A stretch of 64,000 nt of DNA, taken from positions 372,001 to 436,000 of the forward strand of contig AP026173.1 in NCBI GenBank assembly GCA_030295235.1, written 5' to 3'. Position numbers and translations under genes: made by a program. This document shows positions 23,948 through 34,094 of this stretch, piece by piece. How positions within the stretch are numbered: position 1 is the first letter of the stretch; every line of letters starts with the position of its first letter. This DNA is from Fistulifera solaris. Taxonomy: Eukaryota. The notes below the pieces were generated by a model. The model saw only the letters and a list, made by a program, of their open reading frames with translations. It had not been told where the DNA came from and searched no databases.

Positions 23948-25375
23948 ATGAAACGCTTTTATCGTTATCTCGTTGGCTCTAAAAGCCAACAGCCTGTTCA
24001 AATCAACGGAGAAGCCCACGAGCGGACAGTTTTACTCAACGCTGGCGAATCTTCGCAATCTACGCTTTCAAGAACGAGATGTTTACAAACAGATGAGGAT
24101 AATATGAGGTCAGAAAAATGTTCTATAAATAATGAAGCGAGCCACGCGTCTCTTGAAAGTTTTTTCTTTCCGGCTGACAACCCTTCGATACAACGATATT
24201 ATCGATTTGAAGCTACCCCAATTACTCCGGTTGTCGCTCTTTATAAGCAACCCAATACAGACAGTGGAGTGACGGGTCTGCTGAGAAGATCAGCCGTTGT
24301 TCCTTCTCACGGGACATCGGATCACGATTGGATTTTAGTGTCGGTAGGAGGCCGGTCAGGGTGGGCTCGTCGTCATCCAGCGGGGCCTTTTCAGCCCGCT
24401 GATACATTTAAAGCTCATCAGGCTTGGATGGGAAACCACGCTTTTTTATTCAAAGGAAAGTGTATGCTGGGATCGGACGCACCAAGTTTGGTTTTAACGA
24501 ACGCTTTGTTGCTGGGTTGTGGGCTCTATCACTTTCTCGTTGTTTTACCGAGACTCGCAGCAGTACACACGCAAACATCTATTTGGTATGGAGCGTCAAT
24601 TTTTCTCTTACTTGCTTCCTTCATACTTTTATGGATCACAGCTTGTTTGGATCCAGGAATTATACCCGCCCGGTCTTCGCCCCTTCGACCTGAGCCTCCC
24701 GCCGGTGTAGTGGGTCATTCTTCAAACTCGTATCGCTACTGCTCAACATGTAACATATTCCGACCTCCCAGATCGAAGCATTGCAATTCCTGCAACGTGT
24801 GTGTTTCAGAATTTGACCATCACTGTCCTTGGACCGGAAACTGTATTGGCGAGCGAAATCACATGTGGTTCGTGTGCTTTTTAGTGGCTGTCACTACACT
24901 CTCATCGTTCGTTACCGGATGTGTAGCTATACTTGTGGCAGATAATTTTTTCGAACTTTTGGAAATGAACACGGGAGGAATCGGGCCCGTCATCAAGTCA
25001 AAGGACAGCATGGATTCGACAGCCATACCGACATCATTACTTTACGACAAAGATGCGTGGTCTACTTTGTGGGAAGCCATTTCAGCTATGCCCGTTACCG
25101 TTTTGTTCGGGTTATTCCTGTTGCTATGCGCGTGGTCACTTTTGTCCTTACTGGCATACCATGCTCTCTTAATATCCGTTGCGCAAACAACCAATGAAAG
25201 GGTACGCGGTGTTTATTTAACATCAAGAAACCCCCGCGACAAGGGCTGCTGCCTCAATTGTGTTACATTCTTTACGCGGAGAACGTCTCCAAGCAGACTG
25301 CCACCTGATTTTTCCAAAGAAGTAAAGCTGCAGCATGCTCGCGTTGAGGCGCCATGGAGTGATAACTCGCCATAG
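23948..25375 (+). CDS. DHHC palmitoyltransferase (ERF2/ZDHHC9-like) with N-terminal SH3-like segment
   Basis: DPGIIP, YCSTCNIFRPPRSKHCNSCNVCVSEFDHHCPWTGNCIGERN, four hydrophobic segments, QTTNE motif. Confidence 0.95.
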   Translation: MKRFYRYLVGSKSQQPVQINGEAHERTVLLNAGESSQSTLSRTRCLQTDEDNMRSEKCSINNEASHASLESFFFPADNPSIQRYYRFEATPITPVVALYKQPNTDSGVTGLLRRSAVVPSHGTSDHDWILVSVGGRSGWARRHPAGPFQPADTFKAHQAWMGNHAFLFKGKCMLGSDAPSLVLTNALLLGCGLYHFLVVLPRLAAVHTQTSIWYGASIFLLLASFILLWITACLDPGIIPARSSPLRPEPPAGVVGHSSNSYRYCSTCNIFRPPRSKHCNSCNVCVSEFDHHCPWTGNCIGERNHMWFVCFLVAVTTLSSFVTGCVAILVADNFFELLEMNTGGIGPVIKSKDSMDSTAIPTSLLYDKDAWSTLWEAISAMPVTVLFGLFLLLCAWSLLSLLAYHALLISVAQTTNERVRGVYLTSRNPRDKGCCLNCVTFFTRRTSPSRLPPDFSKEVKLQHARVEAPWSDNSP

Positions 25376-25783
25376 CACTGCCTCAGTCACGGAGTTATTA
25401 AACAATTTAACTGTAACAACTCTGCTCTTGCTTTGAAAAGTCGTAGGCGGTAAATGGAGAGCGAGATTGCCGGTATCTCTAGCTAGAGAGAGATAAAACT
25501 GTTCGCAAATGCGGAGAAACCTTTCTGAGAAAAGATAGATCACCTATGGAGATAACAGATAATCAAATGATCTTCTACGACCAGAAATACCAATTAACGT
25601 CAAAAAGACGAAAACGCAACCTCACCTTGTGCAATTCAAGGCTCTTCCGCTCACGTCCTAAGCAATGCATTCCCCCACAAACAACAAAAATAAATAACCG
25701 GCGATTCACACCTTCCATATTTTTTTTAAAAATTAAGATACAGCAAATACTTCTAAGTATTTATTCCTAATTTCCAAAAGTTC

Positions 25784-25811
25784 GAATGAAATTTTGACAT
25801 TCGACTGAATT
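25784..25811 (+). repeat. Degenerate direct repeat, copy A (partial extra copy at 25866-25888)
   Basis: GAATGAAATTTTGACATTCGACTGAATT matches 27903-27930 at 25/28 positions; weaker similarity extends ~50 nt upstream. Confidence 0.8.
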
Positions 25812-27902
25812 ATCCACTGTTTTTCCTACTTTTTTCATATTAGAATTTTTATTTACTAGATTATTGAATTTTTGAGATTCGACTGAATCCTCTTTTACAT
25901 GTGCAAAGATTTGTAAAGGCAAAAAAAAAAAACTGGAAGTACTAGCTACAAAGTTTTCCCATTTCTGCCCCGATGATAGCCGATGCACTCGACAAGCGCT
26001 TACAAGTGGAAAACGGTCAATGTAAAGCAACCATGTTAGAAATCGTAGTTACTATCCAAAGCAGCTACAATCGACGATAATTTCAAAAGCAGTTTCCATT
26101 TGAAACCATGTCATAAAGTAGAAAGTGGCACCGTAGTTAATCAATCAAGGCTAACATAACAAATCAAACGTTTCGACAGGAATCATTAGCAGAGTTGCTT
26201 TACAATCTAATCTAACGGTATCGAAAAGATATTTGTAATGAAAGCGTCTTCTGGTATCAAGGCGCGTATCAACATTATCAAGTGATTATTTTTGCTATGA
26301 TATGGGTTAAACACCCAAGGTACATGGTTGACAGTTTTTGGAAAGCAGAACTGCCTAAGTAGACCTATATACTGCTGTTGTAGCAATCGTCCTTTAATAT
26401 GTATTTCGTGTTGCTGGGCAAAAAAACACTTTTGTCAACCAGACGGCAAATTGTATCAACGATTAACGATCTATTATTCCTAGAAGCCATTCGATTTGTT
26501 CTATCCACGAAAATTTTCTCATCTCACACGGTAGACAACCGTCTTGACAATAAAGTCACGAAATTACAATTCATATAAGCCGCTCGCGGCCGGCTAGGGG
26601 AGGGGAAGAAGGCAATGTTGGAAACCAATCTCGACACGCTTTAAATCCCGATGTCACCTGGATAAAGGCGCCCAAAGATATGGCTTCTCGGGAGAAACTT
26701 GATGCCGTGAAAAAAAGAAGAATCGTGCAAATATGTTGAAATATTTTCTATATCATTCGCTCATGGAGCCAGTATGATCCAGCCTTTTCGGTCGCATGTT
26801 ACATTCCTAACAAGAACGGTCTTGTGCCGCAGAGAGTCGGATCCAAGCTATTCAAATCAATCAGTTTTTCACCACGATCTGCAATTTCAAAAGTTCCAAC
26901 TGTTGCTTGCAAATTGGTTATAACGCTCAGATAATCAGTAGCATCTATGTATCTTAACCTTACAAGCATTATGGATGCGGATCAATACCCACATTTTTGT
27001 CCCTAGGCTGTTCTATTCCCGTCAAAAGTGGACAAGAACAGTACAAATGAGGTACGGATCTGGATCGTTAACAAGTATTCGTGCTCCTTTTCTTACATAT
27101 TTTGATTGATTTGTACGCAAAAACGACGAATCGGAAGTGTTAAAACACAGTCCGCGAGCTTCCAAAGCTTAATCAATTTCCTTAGAAACGCCAACCTAAT
27201 TGATTTGGTCTTATTTTTGTTTTGCGTCTATCACGCATAGTCACGGCATGAAAATATTCTTATATTGTTTTAAATTTCTTGAATGTAGTGTTGTAAACCA
27301 ATCACTGTCTGTTAATCTCAAACCGGGGTCAAAAATCTCTCATTTTATGTTATGTTTTTTACCATTTGAATCAACTAAATTGAGGCTTGGTTTCATGCGC
27401 CGTGCTAGGACAAAAACGAAAAGAAACTTATTGAGGGACACATGACCTCTGCTATGTCTTTGAGGCTAAAACGTTTCAAGACTAATCGAATTGTCGTTCG
27501 GTTTGAAAACCACCTCCCTACTTAACAGCGTTTTGTTGTTCATTCGTTAACTTTACAAGTGATCTTACAGCAATGGGCACACCCAAGTGCAATTGGCTGG
27601 ATCACTCAATGAGAGGTGCGTGCTCTATTTTTACCAACGATGATACTGTTTGTCATGATGGTTGCCTGCTACCATTAGGTGTCGGTTCAGTGTTAAACGC
27701 AGCTTTGTTACTCTATCAGCTATTCCTTGACAGGCGTCTCGAAGAACAGGATTTGAGGGTGCTATATTGATGCACGTTCCGGCATGGAATATGGCCGAAG
27801 AAGGAAGGACTCAATTGATTGAATGATGAGTGTTTTTATAATGTACATTAAGTTAACACAAAACAAACATTCCTTGTATTAACTTCTAATTTTCTCACGT
27901 CA

Positions 27903-27930
27903 GAATGCAATTTTGACATTTGATTGAATT
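27903..27930 (+). repeat. Degenerate direct repeat, copy B
   Basis: GAATGCAATTTTGACATTTGATTGAATT, 25/28 identical to 25784-25811. Confidence 0.8.
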
Positions 27931-28226
27931 TTTTCATTGTTATTATTCATTTTAATAGTGCAAGTAGTCGACTAAAGAAAGGAGGTCTTTTAGCCATCAA
28001 GCGTTAAAAACTTCAACGCGGCCTACTGTCTGGCGAGCCTAAATGGCGCAGACACAAAACCATTACAGTAAAAAATGAGCAGTCCTTGCTCGGCAAAGAG
28101 GTCCTTCGAGACTGCCATTAAATTCTTCATCTCAAAGATCTACGCCGTTGATAGCGCAAATCTTTGTTCAATCATTTTGTTAGCCTTTTGCCTCTCTCTT
28201 CGTTTCACGAACAACTATCATCGCAT

Positions 28227-28539
28227 ACCTTGCGATGACAACGAGCAAATCTCAAAGCTCCATCCCTTCAATAAAGCTAAAAAGCAATGACGTCTTGCGC
28301 TTATTATGCGAGGGCTCGAATGAGTGTTGTGCGGGAGCGTTTGATGCTACTTTTTCTAAGGCGCCCCCTTGAAGACAGGATAAGAATCAAAGAACCGCTA
28401 TAGGCTTCCATCATTCGTTTTCTCGCTTGGCTGGGTTGGTTTGGTCCTCCTCAACAATCTCTGGTTTCAAAACTAAATAGTCTAACTACTAACTACGGAG
28501 TACCTTTTAGCAAGAACGTTCTTGCCTTTTAGCCCTTAG
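28227..28539 (+). repeat. 313-bp direct duplication, copy 1
   Basis: ACCTTGCGATGACAAC...TTTTAGCCCTTAG, about 13 differences (hand count) from 28821-29133. Confidence 0.97.
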
Positions 28540-28820
28540 GCCCGTTCTTATCACCGCACATGTGCCAACTCACGTGCACACCGCGCGCCGGCCAGTCAAT
28601 CGAATAGCAAGGTCCAAGGCAAGGTCCAGAGGAGTCCAGAACGTAAAACGTAACCCTTCTTTTATCAGTGCACATGAGTTTTGCACTTGCACTTCTTTGT
28701 AGATTTCAGTCACATCAGACAGCCAAGGTCTAAGCAAGTGCCGCTTCAATTTCTCCTCCCTTTTTCATTTCACATTTCACTGCAAACGCCGATCCATTTA
28801 TTATTTTATGTTATTTCTCC

Positions 28821-29133
28821 ACCTTGCGATGACAACGAGCAAATCTCAAAGCTCCATCCCTTCAATAAAGCTAAAAAGCAATGAAGTCTTGCGCTTATTA
28901 TGCGAGGGCTCGAATGAATGTAGTGCGGGAGCGTTTGCTGCTACTTTTTCTAAGGCGCCCCCCTTGAAGACAGGATGGGAATCCAAGAACCGCCATAGGC
29001 TTCCATCATTCGTTTTCTCGCTTGGCTGGGTGGGTTGGTCCTCCTCAACAATCTCTGGTTTCAAAGCTAAATAGTCTAACTACTAACTACGGAGTACCTT
29101 TTAGCAAGAACGTTCCTGCCTTTTAGCCCTTAG
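28821..29133 (+). repeat. 313-bp direct duplication, copy 2 (contains an intact 81-codon ORF, 28829-29074)
   Basis: Aligns end to end with 28227-28539. Confidence 0.97.
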
Positions 29134-29710
29134 CCTCTCTAGCGTATGTCCTACGCCCGTTTTTTGTCGACCCTTTGTTTTTGACACCTCCACGTCATCG
29201 ACTTCGGGTAAGGTACAGAATACATCGCATTTGTTTGAATGTCTTACCACTACTGAACGTACGTAGGTTGAAAACGTCCAGGGACTCGTGCACAGACCAG
29301 TCTTTCTTCCCGCATTTTCCACCTCTGGGTTCGTTGACACCACCTCTACTTTCTAGCCAACAGTTCTCGAACAGCGGTGCCACACTCGATAGGAATGCAA
29401 GGCCATCACACACATCACAGCAGCAAGCAAGTAAACAAGCTCGAAACGATACCATTGTCCACCATTCTCGTTTACGGGCAGCAAGCGTCATTAATAGAAA
29501 ACTAGCAACTCGGCAATTCTCAAGAGATTGACCATTGACTTGGGTTTTTGATCCCCAGCACTTTATATGTTGCAGGCGTCTGTACAGCCCCTTAATTACT
29601 CGTTACGCGAACGAAAGCCAAGTCGGTCCGACCCGTTATTTATTTACGCAGACGGAGACGAGGGAGAACTATCGTATTCAGCAGTAAAACAGAAAGTATT
29701 GAATACCGAC

Positions 29711-31613
29711 ATGTCCGACGACTACGACGAAGATGCAAGCATCGGTGATGGCAAAGACAGAAATAAGTCTCGCCGTGAATTGCCACCAGGAGCTGTGGCG
29801 GCTTTGAAAGCATGGCTGTTATCACCAGAACATTTCTCGCATCCCTATCCCACTCCGCAGGACCAGGCTATGCTCATGCAGAAGACAGGGATTGATAAAA
29901 AGCAACTAAAGAATTGGTTCACAAACGCGCGAAGGCGAATATGGAAACCCATGTTGAAGAAGCAAATTGAATCGGGACAACTATCTGCTAATCCTTCGGG
30001 GGTTGTACCAGGACTCATGATTTCCACTATTCCCGGTGCTCCGATGGCAGTCAATCCTGCGTTAGATAATCCGCATTCTGTACAGGCGATACGTGCTCAC
30101 TACCAACAGGCTTCAAAGCAGCAAGAGGCTAACCTGGAACAACAACAACAGGTAAGTGCAAGTTTTTTTATGACTCTGCTGTATGGAATTTCCGTGACAA
30201 CTCACTTTCTTTTGTTTTCAGGCGGTACCTGTCGACTCTTACGGTAATCCTGTCTATTCTTCGGAGCAAGCGCCGCAGTACTACTCAAACCAGCAGATGA
30301 CGTCCGATGGACTCGGGCACTTGTCCACGCTGTCGTCGGTGAGCTCTCTTGGGAATCTCCGTAGACAGTCATCAAACGTTCAGCTTAGTAAAACAGACAG
30401 CCATGCCGTACTGATGGAACTTTTGCCAGGGATCAAGATCTTGTACGACAAGCTACAGAGTCGGCTCGATTGAAAGCTGAGGCAAAACAACAAATGGCTT
30501 CAGGAGGACAAGCGTCAAACGGCACAGCGCAGTCACAAGTATCAAGTCAGCACCCAATGAAAGCCCCTTCATCTTTAGGATCTTCGAACGGACTGTTGGG
30601 AGGTGCTCTTCAAGGGGTCCCCTCAATGAACTCGTGGCCGCATTTCTCAAGTATCACTTCACTGAACAATCTTGGAACTCTACCGGGTGTGAAGAGCATC
30701 ACAAGTCTAAGCGGTACAGATCTTGCAAGCAAAGGAGAAATAAACAAGAATGGCAATCTAGCACAAGTGAAGAGCATGGAATCTTTTGGAAAGAACGACT
30801 CTTATGCGTTCTTGGAGGTCTTCTTCGGCGACCGTTCAAGCAATAGTTCTGCCAATTTGAACTCGTTTGGCAGCTTGTCAAATCTGGCGAAGTTTCGACA
30901 AGTTGGAGATGAGGACAACGAAATTGGATTATCTCTCGAAGACGAGTCACCATCGCAACCATTAAAGAAAGAACTGGCCAGTGCTGCGCAACCCGCTCCT
31001 TTAGCATCTTTGTCTCAGGATACGTCAGCTAGCATGATGGATTCAGGAACACTGAAGCGTGCCTATGACGATGCGTTAGCTGCTAGGGGGCTTATGTCAG
31101 TCAGCAGAAGCAGTGAAAATCTGACAGATCTTGTGCTCCCGGAAAAGATTCAACGTACTTTGTCACAGGAATTCATCAACAAAGAACAGTTGTTTTCTCG
31201 TTCAGCACCTTCAAGTACACTGGCAAAGAGCAGTCTAGCACAGCAGCCGTATTCTGGTCAGCAGTCAGTAGAGATGGATGGTGGTTCGTCGAAACAGTGC
31301 TCGTCGCCATGTGACTCGTCTGACACGGGAGGACACGTCCAGGTTCCTACTACGACCAAATGCGCGCTTTGCATGCAAACTTGTGTCGACACTCAGCTTC
31401 GTCCATGCGGTCATATGTTTTCATGAGAGGTGTTTGAAGCCGAGCCTTCAATCACCGCGAGGTCCTCCGAAATGCCCTATTGATGATATTCCGATGCATT
31501 CAGCCGTGTTGGCTGTGCCCACGGACGACTTCCCGACGCAACCAAACCAATCTACATGGACTTATACCCACATGCAACCAGTATCGTCAGTGACCGACAC
31601 GAACGGTCTTTGA
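29711..31613 (+). CDS. TALE-class homeobox transcription factor with C-terminal RING-like finger
   Basis: RRELP...LKAWLLSPEHFSHPYPT...TG...QLKNWFTNARRRIWKP. Intron 30152-30221. Homopolymer frameshifts near 30421 and 31420. CALC...CGHMFHERC...CPID at the C-terminus. Confidence 0.88.
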
Positions 31614-31770
31614 TCTCCAGCTACTTACGGAAAGTCTTTCCGTGATCTAACTAATATAGCTTGTGCGTTCTAGTGAGAAACGTGCTACCAAGAAAATGAA
31701 AATTAAGCAGCAAAATTTATTAGAAACATAATGTGATGAAATACGCAATTGAAAACACAGCTACATTGTT

Positions 31771-32796
31771 TCACGTCTTCGGCTTTGGTGAAAAGAAATT
31801 GAGGATACTCCCTTTCTTCGGCGTTGCAGGCAAAGGTGTTGTTGTTAAACTTGTCCTCGGCTTTTTAGAAGATTGAACATGTATTTCCCTCACCTCATCA
31901 GCGCGCTTCTTTTCTTGGTTTGTCGTTTTAACGCCAGCTCCTGTGTTAGTTTGCTTTCTGAAAAATGAGTCGACCGTTTTCATTTTTGGCAACGCTTTCA
32001 GGGCATCCTGCGACCTATACTTGACGGAGGACATATCTGGCGTTACTGCATGCCACGCAAATTGCTCCATTGCCGAAGCCTGTGCTTCTATCTTTTTGAA
32101 GGTTTTATGAGACGGAGATCTAAGCCATTCCTTGGCCAGATTCATATCCCATAGACAGACCGGCATTCGAGTGTGCAACCATTTTAAACTCGGACATACA
32201 TCGCCGGTGATCAATGTGAACGTATCCAGAACGGGGTCAGTTTCTCTACCAGTCTGAACACTTGTCCAAAGTCCTGGCATTAATAGAAAAGGGAGCTTGT
32301 TGTCAGCCGACTCGTTTGGTGACTTCTTTCGATAAACGAAATATGGTTGTTTCTTTCCGAGCTCAGTCTTCCATTCGTAAAAACCGTCAAACGCAACCAG
32401 ACAACTCTTTCGGGCATTCGCAAGTCTTGAGAAGCTTGGTTTCTGATACATCGTATCTGATCGAGCATTAAACATCAAATTAGAGAAATGCTGGCCCATT
32501 CCACTCGGCAATGGATTCGGTGGTGTGCCTCCTCTTGTTACTAGCCCCCAAACCTTCCGCTCAGCCTTTATCTGATCATTGGAGTCTAAGACAAATACCA
32601 GAGCATCCATTCCCGGACTCATATTATAATTGTCACGCATGAGGCGATCCTCATTTTCTGAATTCGACCGTTCAGATCTTGTTGGAGATGATGATTCGGA
32701 CGTTTTCGGTGCGGCGGTTTCTAAAGGAAGTGTTACATTGAGCATCTCCGCTGCAGCCCTTACTGCGGCGCCAGTTTGCGCAGTCCTTCCACACAT
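31771..32796 (-). CDS. HMCES: SRAP-domain abasic-site processing protein (HMCES/YedK family)
   Basis: N-terminal MCGR, NMSPG, FNARSD, DGFYEWK, KQPYF, HTRMPV; C-terminal PIP-box-like TVDSFF and SILNFF. Confidence 0.92.
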   Translation of the reverse strand: MCGRTAQTGAAVRAAAEMLNVTLPLETAAPKTSESSSPTRSERSNSENEDRLMRDNYNMSPGMDALVFVLDSNDQIKAERKVWGLVTRGGTPPNPLPSGMGQHFSNLMFNARSDTMYQKPSFSRLANARKSCLVAFDGFYEWKTELGKKQPYFVYRKKSPNESADNKLPFLLMPGLWTSVQTGRETDPVLDTFTLITGDVCPSLKWLHTRMPVCLWDMNLAKEWLRSPSHKTFKKIEAQASAMEQFAWHAVTPDMSSVKYRSQDALKALPKMKTVDSFFRKQTNTGAGVKTTNQEKKRADEVREIHVQSSKKPRTSLTTTPLPATPKKGSILNFFSPKPKT

Positions 32797-33215
32797 TCTT
32801 TCGATGGTAGTACCGTTCAATAGAGATAATTGATAGGGTGAATACTTTTACAAATTAATGTTTTGCTTCGTAATGAAAGAATTTCGATACGACAGAAGAA
32901 AAAATATGAATAGCGGTACGACTAAAAGTCGAACGAACCGTAAATCGTGTCGCCATATAAACCACAGACCTAACATTCTATTTTCATTTTTAATAGCTGA
33001 TAAACAACAGCATCAATAATTAGATTAAATCGAAGGTGTACAGTGAGCTCAAGACTAAAGAAAGACGCCAAGTTTTACATGTTTGAAGTGTGGCGATGAA
33101 TCGCTCATGACTCATGACTCATGACGTACCCAGAAAAAACATACAAAAATCTCCCATTCAGACAGATGCTAACTTGCCTTATCAGCAAAACGGTCGAGCA
33201 CTCAGTGTATAACAG

Positions 33216-33689
33216 CTACGGTCGATCCTTCTGTCGCTCCAACTTGTTCAGAATGTCATGGACCATATTCTTCATGACAGGCTGACCATGTTTCGTTCTC
33301 TGAGTAAGCATTTTTGTTCGCTGCCTCCTCTCTCGTAACCGGTTCTTTCGTTCCTTTTCAGATTTCTCTTTCGCTATCTGGCTTTCTTCTATTCCTTTCT
33401 TTCGTTCTTCGGCTTGTTGAACTGGTTTTTGAAACATGTGTGTGCGTCTCTTTTTAGTTTCTGGTTCCGTCCCTTCCGCTCCACGTTTCCGACTCGCTCC
33501 TCTCCCTGGTTCATACCCTTCCTGTTTCATGACTTTCTGATAACTTCGCAAAGCCTTGGCTGTCTCCACTCGCTTCTTTTCCTTGCGTTCTCGAAATTCA
33601 TCGAGCGCCTTTTTGACACCTTTGCGGTGCGCAAAATTGTCCAGGGCAACCACGGCGGTACGGCGTTTTGGTTCTTCCGTTTTAGGCAT
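33216..33689 (-). CDS. FYV7/TAP26-like rRNA-processing protein
   Basis: Lys/Arg/Glu-rich 157 aa ending QRTKHGQPVMKNMVHDILNKLE, the FYV7-type C-terminal motif. Confidence 0.75.
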   Translation of the reverse strand: MPKTEEPKRRTAVVALDNFAHRKGVKKALDEFRERKEKKRVETAKALRSYQKVMKQEGYEPGRGASRKRGAEGTEPETKKRRTHMFQKPVQQAEERKKGIEESQIAKEKSEKERKNRLRERRQRTKMLTQRTKHGQPVMKNMVHDILNKLERQKDRP

Positions 33690-34094
33690 TGTTGTTTGTC
33701 AGTAAGTATTAACAATTAGAAGTGAACAAATAATGATCGCGTCTTATTACTGGAGTATTTGTGTTTGTTCTTTGCGACGCATTTATTTATTTGCTGGTTC
33801 TTGTTTCTTGTCGAGGTTTTTCGCTTGCGTTGACGGATCAAGGACGTACAATGTGGGACCTATCGAGTCCCGCAAGATAGCATCGACCTCGGTGTGGTTA
33901 TCCTTGACCCTCATGCACAAGGTAAAGGAACCAAGGGGACGAAGAACGTGCACGTTCTTCGAAACGTTCTTGGACGTGCACCGCCATTTCTGCGAGAGGC
34001 GCGAAGAAGAAGGAAAGCCAATGATCATCATTCATAAATAATTAATCGATCAGCACAGCGATAGCACCAAATTCTCCTTAATTTGTTTCCAAAC

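Larger units (their letters stand above)
25550..28220. other. Low-GC, gene-free island (~2.7 kb)
   Basis: Hand counts of sampled 60-nt lines give 22-35% GC, visibly below the flanking genes. No credible ORF. Longest intergenic stretch in the window. Confidence 0.75.

Noticed and set aside
26578..26605. GC hairpin followed by CTAG (Helitron 3' end?)
   Set aside because: The hairpin-to-CTAG spacing is only 3 nt, no T follows, and there is no Rep/helicase or matching 5' end.
25546..28290. Short ORFs inside the AT-rich island
   Set aside because: All under 90 aa, several with non-ATG starts, and none with recognisable motifs.
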